From NCBI GenBank assembly GCA_002493305.1, contig DKYJ01000032.1, positions 16,141 through 80,140 on the forward strand: 64,000 nt of DNA. Direction: 5' to 3'. Position numbers and translations under genes: made by a program. Numbering within the stretch: position 1 is the first letter of the stretch; each line of letters begins with the position of its first letter. The notes below the pieces were generated by a model. It was given only the letters and a program-made list of their open reading frames with translations. It was not told where the DNA came from and did no database searches. Below, one piece after another: positions 55,530 through 64,000 of this stretch. Source of the stretch: Clostridiales bacterium UBA7103. GTDB taxonomy: Bacteria; Bacillota; Clostridia; Oscillospirales; Oscillospiraceae.

Positions 55530-55763
55530 AAAAACACCCCCTGAGAGGGAAAATAAAAAAATCAAAAAATTCTTTTTTATATTATAGCACATACAGCGCC
55601 TTTTACGCAATCCACGGCTTTGATCACAGACAAAAATTAACAAGTCCCGCGCGGCGGCGCTTGTCGGCTTTGAGAGAAATATCCTACTTTAATTGCTGGT
55701 CGTCGGCGCATAATTATCATGCGGCATTTTTGTGAGATGATAATGCGCAGGAGGGAGATTACT

Positions 55764-56756
55764 ATGAAAAAAGCGCTTGTTTCAACGCTTTTGTGCTTTT
55801 CCCTTGCGGCGGCGCTGACCACGGGAGCTTTCGCCCAGGAGCTCACGGTTGGGGGACAGGTCGTCGGTATACAGATAAGCACGCAGGGCGTTATTGTGGC
55901 GGGAGTTTCACCGGTGGAGACGGCGGAAGGCAGCTGTTCTCCGGCGGAAGAGGCGGGGCTTTGCGAGGGCGATATTATAATAGAAGCCCAGGGCAAAACC
56001 GTTATGACCGCCACGGAGCTGATAGACATTGTCAATCAGGGTCAAGGCGCGCCGGTAGAGCTGACGGTGCAGCGCCAGAGCAAGACACTGAAGCTCTCTG
56101 TCACGCCGGTGAAGGCCGAGGAGGAGCAGTGGCGGCTCGGTATGTGGCTGCGTGACAGCGTTTCCGGTATTGGCACGCTGACCTTCTGCGACCCGGAGAC
56201 CGGAATCTACGGCGCGCTGGGGCACAGTATCAGCAGCGACACAAGCAACAACAAGGAGCTGCCCATAAGCCAGGGCAAGATAACCGATGCGGAAATAATA
56301 AGCATCGAAAAGGGCACGGCGGGCAGCCCGGGCGAGCTCAATGGCTGCGCCGATGTAGGCAGGGTGCTGGGGAGTGTCGAATCAAACGACGGCCACGGCA
56401 TCTACGGCAGACTGTACACCTCACTTGCCGGGCGGCGGCTTGAGACCGGCGAGATGTGCACAGGCCCCGCCAGCATACTCTGCACTGTAGCCGGGCGGCA
56501 GACCGCCGAATACAGTGTGCAGATATCCAGAGTGTATAACGATGCTGACGGCCGCCACGCCATGATATGTGTCACCGACCCGGAGCTCTGCGCCCTGACC
56601 GGCGGTATTGTGCAGGGAATGAGCGGCAGCCCCATTTTGCAAAACGGGAAGCTGGTGGGCGCCGTGACCCATGTTTTCATTAACGATCCTCAGAAGGGCT
56701 ACGGCATATGTATTCAGGATATGCTCAGCAGCGCGGGGCTTAGTGAAGCGGCATGA
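55764..56756 (+). CDS. spoIVB: SpoIVB sporulation signalling peptidase (S55) with PDZ domain
   Basis: The start is at MKKALVSTLL after GGAGGGAG. PDZ segment (GDIIIEAQGKTV), GIGTLTFCDPETGIYGALGH, and GMSGSPILQNGKLVGAVTHVF. Confidence 0.88.
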   Translation: MKKALVSTLLCFSLAAALTTGAFAQELTVGGQVVGIQISTQGVIVAGVSPVETAEGSCSPAEEAGLCEGDIIIEAQGKTVMTATELIDIVNQGQGAPVELTVQRQSKTLKLSVTPVKAEEEQWRLGMWLRDSVSGIGTLTFCDPETGIYGALGHSISSDTSNNKELPISQGKITDAEIISIEKGTAGSPGELNGCADVGRVLGSVESNDGHGIYGRLYTSLAGRRLETGEMCTGPASILCTVAGRQTAEYSVQISRVYNDADGRHAMICVTDPELCALTGGIVQGMSGSPILQNGKLVGAVTHVFINDPQKGYGICIQDMLSSAGLSEAA

Positions 56757-56940
56757 GGTATGCGGACGGTTGGGAAAGTCCAAAAAGGACTTTCCCAACA
56801 AAAATTGCTCCCCGGCAAAAAATATGACAATCTGCCGCAGAGCATGAAATATTTTTCTATTTTATGTTGCATTAACTCTATTATTCCTGTAAAATTAAAG
56901 TAAAATATGACTAAAATCTATAAGAGTAGAGGATAGAGCA

Positions 56941-58005
56941 ATGGAAAACGCCGCTTTGCAGTTTAAGTTTGAGGGAAAGCCTGTCAGTTGTGAGATGTAC
57001 GGCTGCGGGCATATAAACCGCACTTATCTTGTCGTCACCGACAGTGGCAAGCGATACATACTTCAAAAAATCAATAAACGGGTGTTCCCTGATGTTGAGG
57101 GTCTGATGGAGAACATCTCCTCTGTGACGGATTTTATATCCGCCAGAGTTTCTTCATCCAGAGAGTGCCTGCATCTGGTGAAAAGTTTTGATGGGCAGGT
57201 CACATGGCAGGACGGAGACGGGGAGTTCTGGCGCGCCTATGACTTTGTGGAGGACAGCATTTGCCTTCAGCACCCGGAGAATGAAATGGATTTCTACGAA
57301 AGCGCTGTCGCTTTCGGCACCTTCCAGAGCCAGCTGGCCGATTTTCCGGCAGAAACTCTGCACGAGACGATCGCAGACTTTCACAACACCCCCGACCGCT
57401 ACCGCAAGTTTAAGCTCGCGCTGGCGGAGGACAGCATGGGCAGAGCAGCCGGAGTTAAGGACGAGATAGCTTTTGTCCTCAGCCGCGAGGAGGAGGCGGG
57501 CTTCTTGCAGAAGCTCCGCGAGAGCGGGCAGCTTCCCCTGCGCGTGACGCATAACGACACAAAGCTCAACAATGTCATGCTGGACGCCAAGACCCGCAAG
57601 GCCCTGTGCATAATCGATCTTGACACCGTTATGCCCGGCCTTGCCGCCTATGATTTTGGCGACTCCATACGCTTCGGAGCGTCCACTGCGGCGGAGGATG
57701 AAAAGGATCTGAGCAAGGTGGAGATGAGCCTTGAGCTGTTTAAGACCTATACACGGGGCTTTCTGGGCGCCTGCCGCAGCCTGACGGCGCTGGAGAAGCA
57801 GACCCTGCCCATGGGCGCAAAGCTCATGACGCTTGAATGCGGCGTCCGCTTCCTGACGGACTATCTGGAGGGCGACAAATACTTTGCCACCGCCAGACCT
57901 GAGCACAATCTCGACAGAGCACGCACCCAGTTCAAGCTGGTTCGTGATATGGAAAAGAAATGGCAGCAGATGCAGGACATTATGGCAAGGGAGGGCAATC
58001 AATGA
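56941..58005 (+). CDS. N-acetylhexosamine 1-kinase-like phosphotransferase (NahK/APH family)
   Basis: GCGHINRTY..V......YILQKIN, HNDTKLNNVMLD, IDLDTVMPG. Confidence 0.75.
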   Translation: MENAALQFKFEGKPVSCEMYGCGHINRTYLVVTDSGKRYILQKINKRVFPDVEGLMENISSVTDFISARVSSSRECLHLVKSFDGQVTWQDGDGEFWRAYDFVEDSICLQHPENEMDFYESAVAFGTFQSQLADFPAETLHETIADFHNTPDRYRKFKLALAEDSMGRAAGVKDEIAFVLSREEEAGFLQKLRESGQLPLRVTHNDTKLNNVMLDAKTRKALCIIDLDTVMPGLAAYDFGDSIRFGASTAAEDEKDLSKVEMSLELFKTYTRGFLGACRSLTALEKQTLPMGAKLMTLECGVRFLTDYLEGDKYFATARPEHNLDRARTQFKLVRDMEKKWQQMQDIMAREGNQ

Positions 58006-59378
58006 AACTTTTTAATGTGGAGTTTTCCGTCAAAAACAAGCCTGAGCTTGATGAGAGCTTCATGCCGCTGGGGCTGTTCATGCGCGCGTACCGGGCGACG
58101 GCGCGAAAAAGCGTTGGCATCGCCGTGGAGCGTTCCGGCGGCCAGGTCGCCACGGTGAACACCTTTATCCGCGGCGGGGAGGAAAACAGAGATGCCGACA
58201 GGTATTACATCGACAGACTGGTGAAGTTCCTCCTGTGGATGAAGGGCGGCTTTAGGATCTGGGTCAGCGGAGACGAGAGCATTTTCGAGTACCTGCGCGA
58301 TACCTACGCCGTGGGCGGCGCGAGGGATTTTGACCGGGATCTGATGTCCGGCGTGTATGAGCGGCCCTTTGAAGTGCGCTTTTGCGAGAAGCTGCCGGAG
58401 GAGCGTTCGGCACCGCAGGCCATAGGCCGGCATCTGAGCGGCTGCCGCATCGGATTTGACGCCGGCGGCAGCGATAGGAAGGTTTCCGCCGTGATAGACG
58501 GCGTGCCCGTGTACAGCGAGGAGGTTGTGTGGTATCCGAAGATCAATGAGAATCCGGACTACCACTATGAGGGCATAGTCTCTGCTTTCAAGAGCGCGGC
58601 CGAGCATATGCCGCGGGTGGACGCTATCGGCATTTCCTCCGCCGGCATCTTCGTGGATAACCGCTGCATGGTGGCCTCTCTGTTTTTGAAGGTCTCGCCG
58701 GAGCTTTTTGAGAAAAAGGTAAAGGATATCTACCTGCGTGCGGCGAAGGAAATAGGTGATGTGCCGGTATCGGTCTGCAATGACGGCGACGTGACGGCGC
58801 TGGCCGGAGCGATGAGCCTTGAGCAGGGCAACATCCTCGGCATTGCCATGGGCACAAGCGAGGCCGTGGGCTATGTGGACGCAAGCAGCAATGTGACCGG
58901 CTGGCTCAACGAGCTTGCCTTCGCGCCGATGGATGTTTCCCCCGAGGCTATGCGCGACGAGTGGTCGGGGGACATCGGCTGCGGCGTGAAGTATTTTTCG
59001 CAGGACGGTGTCATCAAGCTTGCTGCCGCCGCGGGAATAGAGCTTGAGGAGAGCCTCGCCCCGGCGCAGAAGCTCAAGGCCGTGCAGGCGCTTATGGAGC
59101 AGGGCGACGAGCGTGCCGCCGCTATCTATCGCTCTATCGGCGTGTATCTGGGGCACAGCCTCGCGCTGTACCATGAGTTTTATGGCTGCGAGAGCGTGCT
59201 GCTGCTGGGCAGGGTCATGTCCGGACAGGGCGGCGACATTATTCTCAGCCGTGCTAAGGAGGTTCTCGCCGACGAGTACCCGGAGTACGCCGGTAAGATC
59301 AAGCCCATCGTGCCCGATGAGAAAGCCCGCCGTGTAGGACAGAGCGTGGCTGCGGCAAGCCTGCCGGAGCTGAACTGA
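58002..59378 (+). CDS. ROK/ASKHA-fold sugar-kinase-like protein with ~150-aa N-terminal extension
   Basis: ATGA overlap with the upstream gene. GFDAGGSD, GISSAGI, CNDGDVTALAG, GIAMGTSEAVG. Confidence 0.65.
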   Translation: MKLFNVEFSVKNKPELDESFMPLGLFMRAYRATARKSVGIAVERSGGQVATVNTFIRGGEENRDADRYYIDRLVKFLLWMKGGFRIWVSGDESIFEYLRDTYAVGGARDFDRDLMSGVYERPFEVRFCEKLPEERSAPQAIGRHLSGCRIGFDAGGSDRKVSAVIDGVPVYSEEVVWYPKINENPDYHYEGIVSAFKSAAEHMPRVDAIGISSAGIFVDNRCMVASLFLKVSPELFEKKVKDIYLRAAKEIGDVPVSVCNDGDVTALAGAMSLEQGNILGIAMGTSEAVGYVDASSNVTGWLNELAFAPMDVSPEAMRDEWSGDIGCGVKYFSQDGVIKLAAAAGIELEESLAPAQKLKAVQALMEQGDERAAAIYRSIGVYLGHSLALYHEFYGCESVLLLGRVMSGQGGDIILSRAKEVLADEYPEYAGKIKPIVPDEKARRVGQSVAAASLPELN

Positions 59379-59394
59379 GCAGGACAGATACGAA

Positions 59395-60240
59395 ATGAAT
59401 ATACTATATAATACAGAGAAGCTGGTGCAGCTCATAACGAGCCTCCAGAGCTTTACCGGTATACGCACTAACACCTTTGACGCAAACGGCAGGGATATTC
59501 AGCTCAGCGGCGGGCACAGCGAATTTTGCCGGCTTATCAATGCCTCTGCCGAGGGTCACGCCCGCTGCGAGGGCTGCGATATGAAAGCCTCGGAAGAGAG
59601 CTTCTCCTGCCGGGGGCCGTACAGCTATCGCTGCCACGCCGGTGTTTGCGAGACGGTGATCCCTGTGTTTGACAGCGGGGAGCCGGTAGCTTCTCTGGTG
59701 TTCGGCCAGCTTTTGGACGATACCCCCATAAAGCTCCAGTGGGAAAAAACTGTAAAGACCCTTGACTGGTACAAGGGCGATATGGAGGAGCTGAAGAAGG
59801 CATATTTTACCATGCGCCAGATGTCCCGCCGGGACATGGAGGCCTATACCGAGATACTGGAGGCCGTTGCCAGCTACATAGGCCGGGAGGGCATAATCGT
59901 TGCCACCGAACGCACCGATATCCAGCGGCTTGAGGAGTATCTTGACAGGCATTATACCGAGAAGCTGACCCTGAAGAAAATTTCTGCCGATCTCTGCATA
60001 GGCACTACCAAGCTCTGTGCCATCGCCAAGAAGATGTCCGGCGGCAGCACGCTTATGCACATCATCGCCCGAAGGCGGGTGGAGGAGGCAAAGCGGCTGC
60101 TGATAAAAAGCGACGAATCCATCTCCGCCGTGGCCGAAAAAGTGGGTTTTACGGACTATAATTATTTTACGAAAATATTCAAAAATATCACAGGGGTTCC
60201 ACCTAGGAGATATCGCATGGAAGCACGGCTGGGGCGCTGA
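59395..60240 (+). CDS. PocR-sensor / AraC-family transcriptional regulator
   Basis: Cys-rich PocR region (FCRLI...CEGCD...YRCHAGV) plus a C-terminal AraC HTH pair (VGFTDYNYFTKIFKNITGVPPRRYR). Confidence 0.8.
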   Translation: MNILYNTEKLVQLITSLQSFTGIRTNTFDANGRDIQLSGGHSEFCRLINASAEGHARCEGCDMKASEESFSCRGPYSYRCHAGVCETVIPVFDSGEPVASLVFGQLLDDTPIKLQWEKTVKTLDWYKGDMEELKKAYFTMRQMSRRDMEAYTEILEAVASYIGREGIIVATERTDIQRLEEYLDRHYTEKLTLKKISADLCIGTTKLCAIAKKMSGGSTLMHIIARRRVEEAKRLLIKSDESISAVAEKVGFTDYNYFTKIFKNITGVPPRRYRMEARLGR

Positions 60241-60493
60241 ACCGGCCAGCAAAAACTTGTTGATGTTGCACAAAACCGCTCTTTATATTTTGTGTAAAGA
60301 GCGGTTTTTTTGTGAGCCTTGGAAGATTTTACTAAAAACCGAATGAAATTACCTATATTATACAAACAGTAACAAGTATAATTCGTACGTATATGGTGCT
60401 TTTGTATAAATTTGTACATATATACGAAAGCGCCGATTCTTTAAGGAAGGGCAGATATGCCCTTCGAAAATTTAAGAACAAGGAGAAACGAAA

Positions 60494-61807
60494 ATGAAAA
60501 AGATTCTTGCACTGCTCCTGGCGCTGGTCATGGTTTTCGCGCTCTGCGCCTGCGGCCAGAAGGCCCCTGCCGAGAGCCAGGCCCCCGCTGAGGGCGAAGG
60601 CGAAGCCCCTGCCGGTGATGCCGTCGTTCTTGATGTCATCATCTCTCAGTACGGCAACAAGACCCAGGATTGGTGGACTCAGTTCGAGAAGGACTTTGAG
60701 GAAGCCAATCAGGGCATCGACCTGAACATCGAGATTGTTTCCTGGAACGATATTTATCAGGTCGTCAACACCCGCATTTCCACTAACTCCCAGCCCGACA
60801 TCCTCAACATCAGCGGCTTTGCCGATTATGTTGCCGATGATCTGCTCATGCCTGCCGAGGACTATGTCTCCGACACTGTCAAGGCAAACCTGATCCCCTC
60901 CTTCTGGGAGTCCAACGCCATTGACGGCACTGTCTGGGCGCTTCCCATTCTGGCTTCCTGCCGCGCCATGTTCTGCAATATGGATATCCTCAATGCTGCC
61001 GGTATTGAGAATCCTCCCGCCAACTGGGACGAGGTCATGGCAGCCTGCGAAGCAGTCAAGGCTTACGATGCCAGCATCGTTCCCTGGGGTCTGGATATCT
61101 CCACCGATGAAGGCCAGGCCGCTTTCTCTTACTACACCTTCAATAACGGCGGCGGCTTTGTCGATGCAAACGGCGACTGGGCAATCAACTCCCCCGAGAA
61201 CGTTGCGGCTGTTGAGTTCATTGCCGAGCTTTACAACAGCGGTTACTGCAATGCAAACCCCGCCACCGACACCCGTTATCCTCTCCAGGATTCCTTCAAT
61301 GCCGGTTCTCTGGCAATGATGATAGGCCCCTTCAACATGATCAAGGCTGACAGCACCGTCAACTATGCTGTTGCCGATCTGCCCACTCAGACCGGAACTG
61401 CTACTTCCCTTGGCGTTTGCGACCAGCTCATGGTATTCAAGGATGAAGAGGCTGCCGACCAGGATGCTCGTACCGCCGCAATAACCGCTTTCTTCGATGC
61501 TTTCTATGAGCTGGAGACTTATGCCGGTTACATGGTTTACGAAGGCTTCCTGCCCGCCACTCTGGACGCTTCCGAGCTGCTGGCCAAGTCTGCTGAGGAC
61601 TTCACCGACTGCAACGGCGCTGCCGGCCGCAGCGAGTTCTTTGCCACCTTCTGCGCCCAGCTCCCCAACTGCCAGTTCTACCCCATGCAGAAGGCTGAGT
61701 GGATGGATGTCCGCAACGGCGTTATTGATGTTGAGCAGCAGGTCAGCGAGGGTCTGAGTAGCGCTCAGGACGCTCTTGATGCTCTTCAGGCGAAGGTCGC
61801 CGGTTGA
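60494..61807 (+). CDS. Sugar ABC transporter substrate-binding lipoprotein (family 1)
   Basis: Lipobox LCACGQ, typical SBP_bac_1 composition, AAGGAGA RBS. Confidence 0.85.
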   Translation: MKKILALLLALVMVFALCACGQKAPAESQAPAEGEGEAPAGDAVVLDVIISQYGNKTQDWWTQFEKDFEEANQGIDLNIEIVSWNDIYQVVNTRISTNSQPDILNISGFADYVADDLLMPAEDYVSDTVKANLIPSFWESNAIDGTVWALPILASCRAMFCNMDILNAAGIENPPANWDEVMAACEAVKAYDASIVPWGLDISTDEGQAAFSYYTFNNGGGFVDANGDWAINSPENVAAVEFIAELYNSGYCNANPATDTRYPLQDSFNAGSLAMMIGPFNMIKADSTVNYAVADLPTQTGTATSLGVCDQLMVFKDEEAADQDARTAAITAFFDAFYELETYAGYMVYEGFLPATLDASELLAKSAEDFTDCNGAAGRSEFFATFCAQLPNCQFYPMQKAEWMDVRNGVIDVEQQVSEGLSSAQDALDALQAKVAG

Positions 61808-61941
61808 TTTTACTGAGAAACTAAAAAAAGAACTTATCAGGGGGGCCGGACTTGGTCCGGCCTCCCTGAGCATATCAAAGCCGCGCGAGACGGGCGGCTT
61901 TGATATGCTTTATAGCGTGTCAGGATTTAAGGAGGCGCGAA

Positions 61942-62838
61942 ATGAGAGAAAAGAAAAAGGGCGGTGCGCTGAAGGCCGCCGCTCCGTATGCTTGGCTTTT
62001 GCCCAGCACCGTGCTCATGGTTTTCATGATACTGGTGCCTATTTTCACAGTATTTCAGATTTCGTTTTCTGAGGTGGGGCGTACCGGCAAGATAAAGGGA
62101 TTCAATGGCCTTGCAAACTACATTGATATGTTTCATGAGCCGGTTTTCTGGCGCACGCTGGGCAACACCCTCGTCTGGACGGTGGTCGTGGTCGGTCTGT
62201 CCACGATTATCGGCTTCATTCTTGCAATGGTTCTCAATCAGGAGTTTCGGGGCAGAAAATTTGTGCGCGCTCTGGTCATTTTCCCGTGGGCGACCGCGCT
62301 TATCATCCAGTCGGTCGTGTGGAAATACATAATCAATGCCGATTACGGCGCGCTGAATGTGCTGCTGTCAAAGCTTGGCCTCATCAACCAGTATGTCAAC
62401 TGGACAGCCACGCCAAACGCGACTTTTGCGTGGGAATGTTGGATAGGGATTTTTGTCACGGTGCCATTCGTGACCTTCTGTGTGTTGTCAGGGCTCCAAA
62501 GCATTGACGGCTCGCTCTATGAGGCTGCGGAGGTCGATGGCGTGAGCTTCTGGAGCAGACTTTTTAAAATAACCATACCGCTTGTCATGCCGAGCCTTAC
62601 GGTGTCAACTGTGCTGAATATTATATATGTTTTCAATTCTTTCCCCATTGTGTGGACAATCTCCAAGGGCGCTCCGGCAGACCAGACCCATACGCTGGTG
62701 ACGTATCTTTATAAGCTGTCCTTCCTTGAGGGCAAGGGCGGCCATGCGGCGGCGGTTTCGGTTATCGGCTTTGTGATCTTGGCCATATGCGCGAGCATAT
62801 ATATGATTTCCAGCCTGAAGAGAGAGGGGGATGAGTAA
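61942..62838 (+). CDS. Carbohydrate ABC transporter permease (MalF/UgpA type)
   Basis: The start is at MREKKKGG after AAGGAGG. EAA-type loop YEAAEVDGVSFWSRLFKITIP. Confidence 0.85.
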   Translation: MREKKKGGALKAAAPYAWLLPSTVLMVFMILVPIFTVFQISFSEVGRTGKIKGFNGLANYIDMFHEPVFWRTLGNTLVWTVVVVGLSTIIGFILAMVLNQEFRGRKFVRALVIFPWATALIIQSVVWKYIINADYGALNVLLSKLGLINQYVNWTATPNATFAWECWIGIFVTVPFVTFCVLSGLQSIDGSLYEAAEVDGVSFWSRLFKITIPLVMPSLTVSTVLNIIYVFNSFPIVWTISKGAPADQTHTLVTYLYKLSFLEGKGGHAAAVSVIGFVILAICASIYMISSLKREGDE

Positions 62839-63668
62839 TGAAACAGAGCGCATGGAAGCGGACACTTCTTTATTTGTTTGTGTTTGTGGTCAGCATAATC
62901 ATTCTCTATCCGTACTTTGTCATGCTGACAACAGCCGCAAAGACCGATGCTGAGATGTATTCTTCTGCTCCGTCTCTGCTCCCCCATGTGTGGCAGTTGT
63001 CGAATTTCATTGATATTTGGTCAGCCGCCCCGGTATTTCGTTACTTCATCAATTCACTGGTCGTTGCCGGCGGAGCTACCGCCATCGCCATTATCTGCGG
63101 TATTCCCGCCGCCTACGCGCTCAGCCGTATGCGCTTTAAGGGCAAGGGAGTGTTTATGGGAGCGGTCATAATGAGCCAGATGTTCTCCCCCGTGGTCCTG
63201 CTGGTCGGCATTTACAGACTGATGGTGAATATTGGCCTTAACAACAGCCTTTTGGGCTTGGTTTTGCTCAACGCCGCGTTTAATCAGGCGTTTGCGATCT
63301 GGCTTCTTCGAGGCACATTTATGTCCATTTCCTCCGAGATGGAGCAGGCCGCAAAAATCGACGGCTGCGGCACTTTTGGTGCGCTTACGAAGGTGCTGCT
63401 GCCAATGGCTGCTCCCGGTATAGTCACTGCGCTTATCTTTGTTTTCATAAACGCGTGGAATGAGTATACCATCGCCCTCACCCTTATATCCGACAGCATA
63501 TATAACCCGATCACTGTGGGTATCAATGTGTTCTACGGATATAATATGATCCAGTGGCAATACCTGTTCGCGACCTCCCTTTTCGCCACCATCCCCGTGG
63601 TAATTCTCTTCCTGTGCATAGAAAAGCACCTTGTTGCCGGGCTTACCTCCGGCGGCGTGAAGGGATGA
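62838..63668 (+). CDS. Carbohydrate ABC transporter permease (MalG/UgpE type)
   Basis: EQAAKIDGCGTFGALTKVLLPMAAP loop, 6 TM helices. The start overlaps the previous stop. Confidence 0.85.
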   Translation: MKQSAWKRTLLYLFVFVVSIIILYPYFVMLTTAAKTDAEMYSSAPSLLPHVWQLSNFIDIWSAAPVFRYFINSLVVAGGATAIAIICGIPAAYALSRMRFKGKGVFMGAVIMSQMFSPVVLLVGIYRLMVNIGLNNSLLGLVLLNAAFNQAFAIWLLRGTFMSISSEMEQAAKIDGCGTFGALTKVLLPMAAPGIVTALIFVFINAWNEYTIALTLISDSIYNPITVGINVFYGYNMIQWQYLFATSLFATIPVVILFLCIEKHLVAGLTSGGVKG

Positions 63669-63733
63669 TAATTCAATATGGACACCGCCCCGGCCATTCA
63701 GGCCGGGGCGTTCTGCTTGCCCGGTTCCCCGGA

Positions 63734-64000
63734 TCAATTCTCATTGATCCGCCGCAGCACCCGGCAGGGGTTCCCAACAGCGATGCAGTCAGCGGGAACG
63801 TCGCGCGTCACCACGCTGCCCGCGCCGATAACGCTGCCCTGGCCTATGGTGACTCCGGGCAGGATAATGCTACCGCCGCCGATCCACACATTGTCCTCTA
63901 TTGTCACAGGGGCGGCACAGGTGATATAGAAGGTATTTCCAGCCGACAGGGCGGCAGGAGGCAGCCTGTCCTCAGCCCTCACAGGGTGGGTGGCGGTATA
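63734..64000 (-). CDS. Hexapeptide-repeat sugar O-acetyltransferase (maltose/galactoside acetyltransferase-like), C-terminal part only
   Basis: [49 protein letters not shown]. The ORF continues past the window end. Confidence 0.8.
   Translation of the reverse strand, partial: YTATHPVRAEDRLPPAALSAGNTFYITCAAPVTIEDNVWIGGGSIILPGVTIGQGSVIGAGSVVTRDVPADCIAVGNPCRVLRRINEN

Noticed and set aside
57999-59474. 491-aa minus-strand ORF over the ROK-like gene. Similar cases are 60353..61873, 29954..31189, 22844..23764, 19699..20610, 15877..16683, 53218..53955 and 50194..50970.
   Set aside because: All of them lie antisense to genes with strong homology-type evidence, lack RBSs, and have biased Arg/Gly/Ala/His composition. 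I treat them as antisense artefacts.

Overview
GC-rich chromosome segment from a spore-forming Clostridia-type Firmicute (SpoIVB, CotH, EF-P, initiator tRNA). It is mostly ordinary core genes in short co-directional operons. These include a tungstate ABC transporter (tupABC-like) next to a molybdenum/tungsten cofactor operon (moeA, moeA-PBP fusion, moaA, moaC, mog, plus MoaE-like and ThiF/MoeB-like genes). Also present are birA, suhB-like, a D-Ala-D-Ala carboxypeptidase, comEA, an OmpR/HK pair, an M24 peptidase and a CotH-VTC-DUF4956-beta-helix lipoprotein cluster. Further along come a LysR regulator, two tandem OYE/FadH-type ene-reductases, two MFS transporters, PAP2/acyltransferase/HxlR and trkAH. 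The right end carries two FAD proteins, GT2/DUF2461, efp, rarA, DUF951, GIY-YIG, spoIVB and a NahK/ROK/PocR-AraC/sugar-ABC locus. The standout is a clearly AT-rich ~4.9 kb island (about 35980-40886) beside tRNA-fMet. It holds a translationally coupled AAA+ ATPase and a large cytoplasmic S8 subtilase-like protease, an architecture like the IetAS anti-phage system. It also holds a gene remnant and an IS3-family transposase, and is bracketed by 51-bp imperfect direct repeats of the tRNA terminator hairpin. The adjacent tRNA-fMet has a mismatched T-stem, and a decayed tRNA-fMet-like remnant lies on the far side of the island. Two families of GC-rich multi-hairpin intergenic repeats (3 and 2 copies) and a ~1 kb ORF-free repeat-rich gap are also present. 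A partial second IS3 element lies at the left edge. Many long ORFs in the supplied track are antisense artefacts of GC-rich coding DNA. All coordinates of hairpins, repeats and revised starts were hand-counted, and no searches were run.
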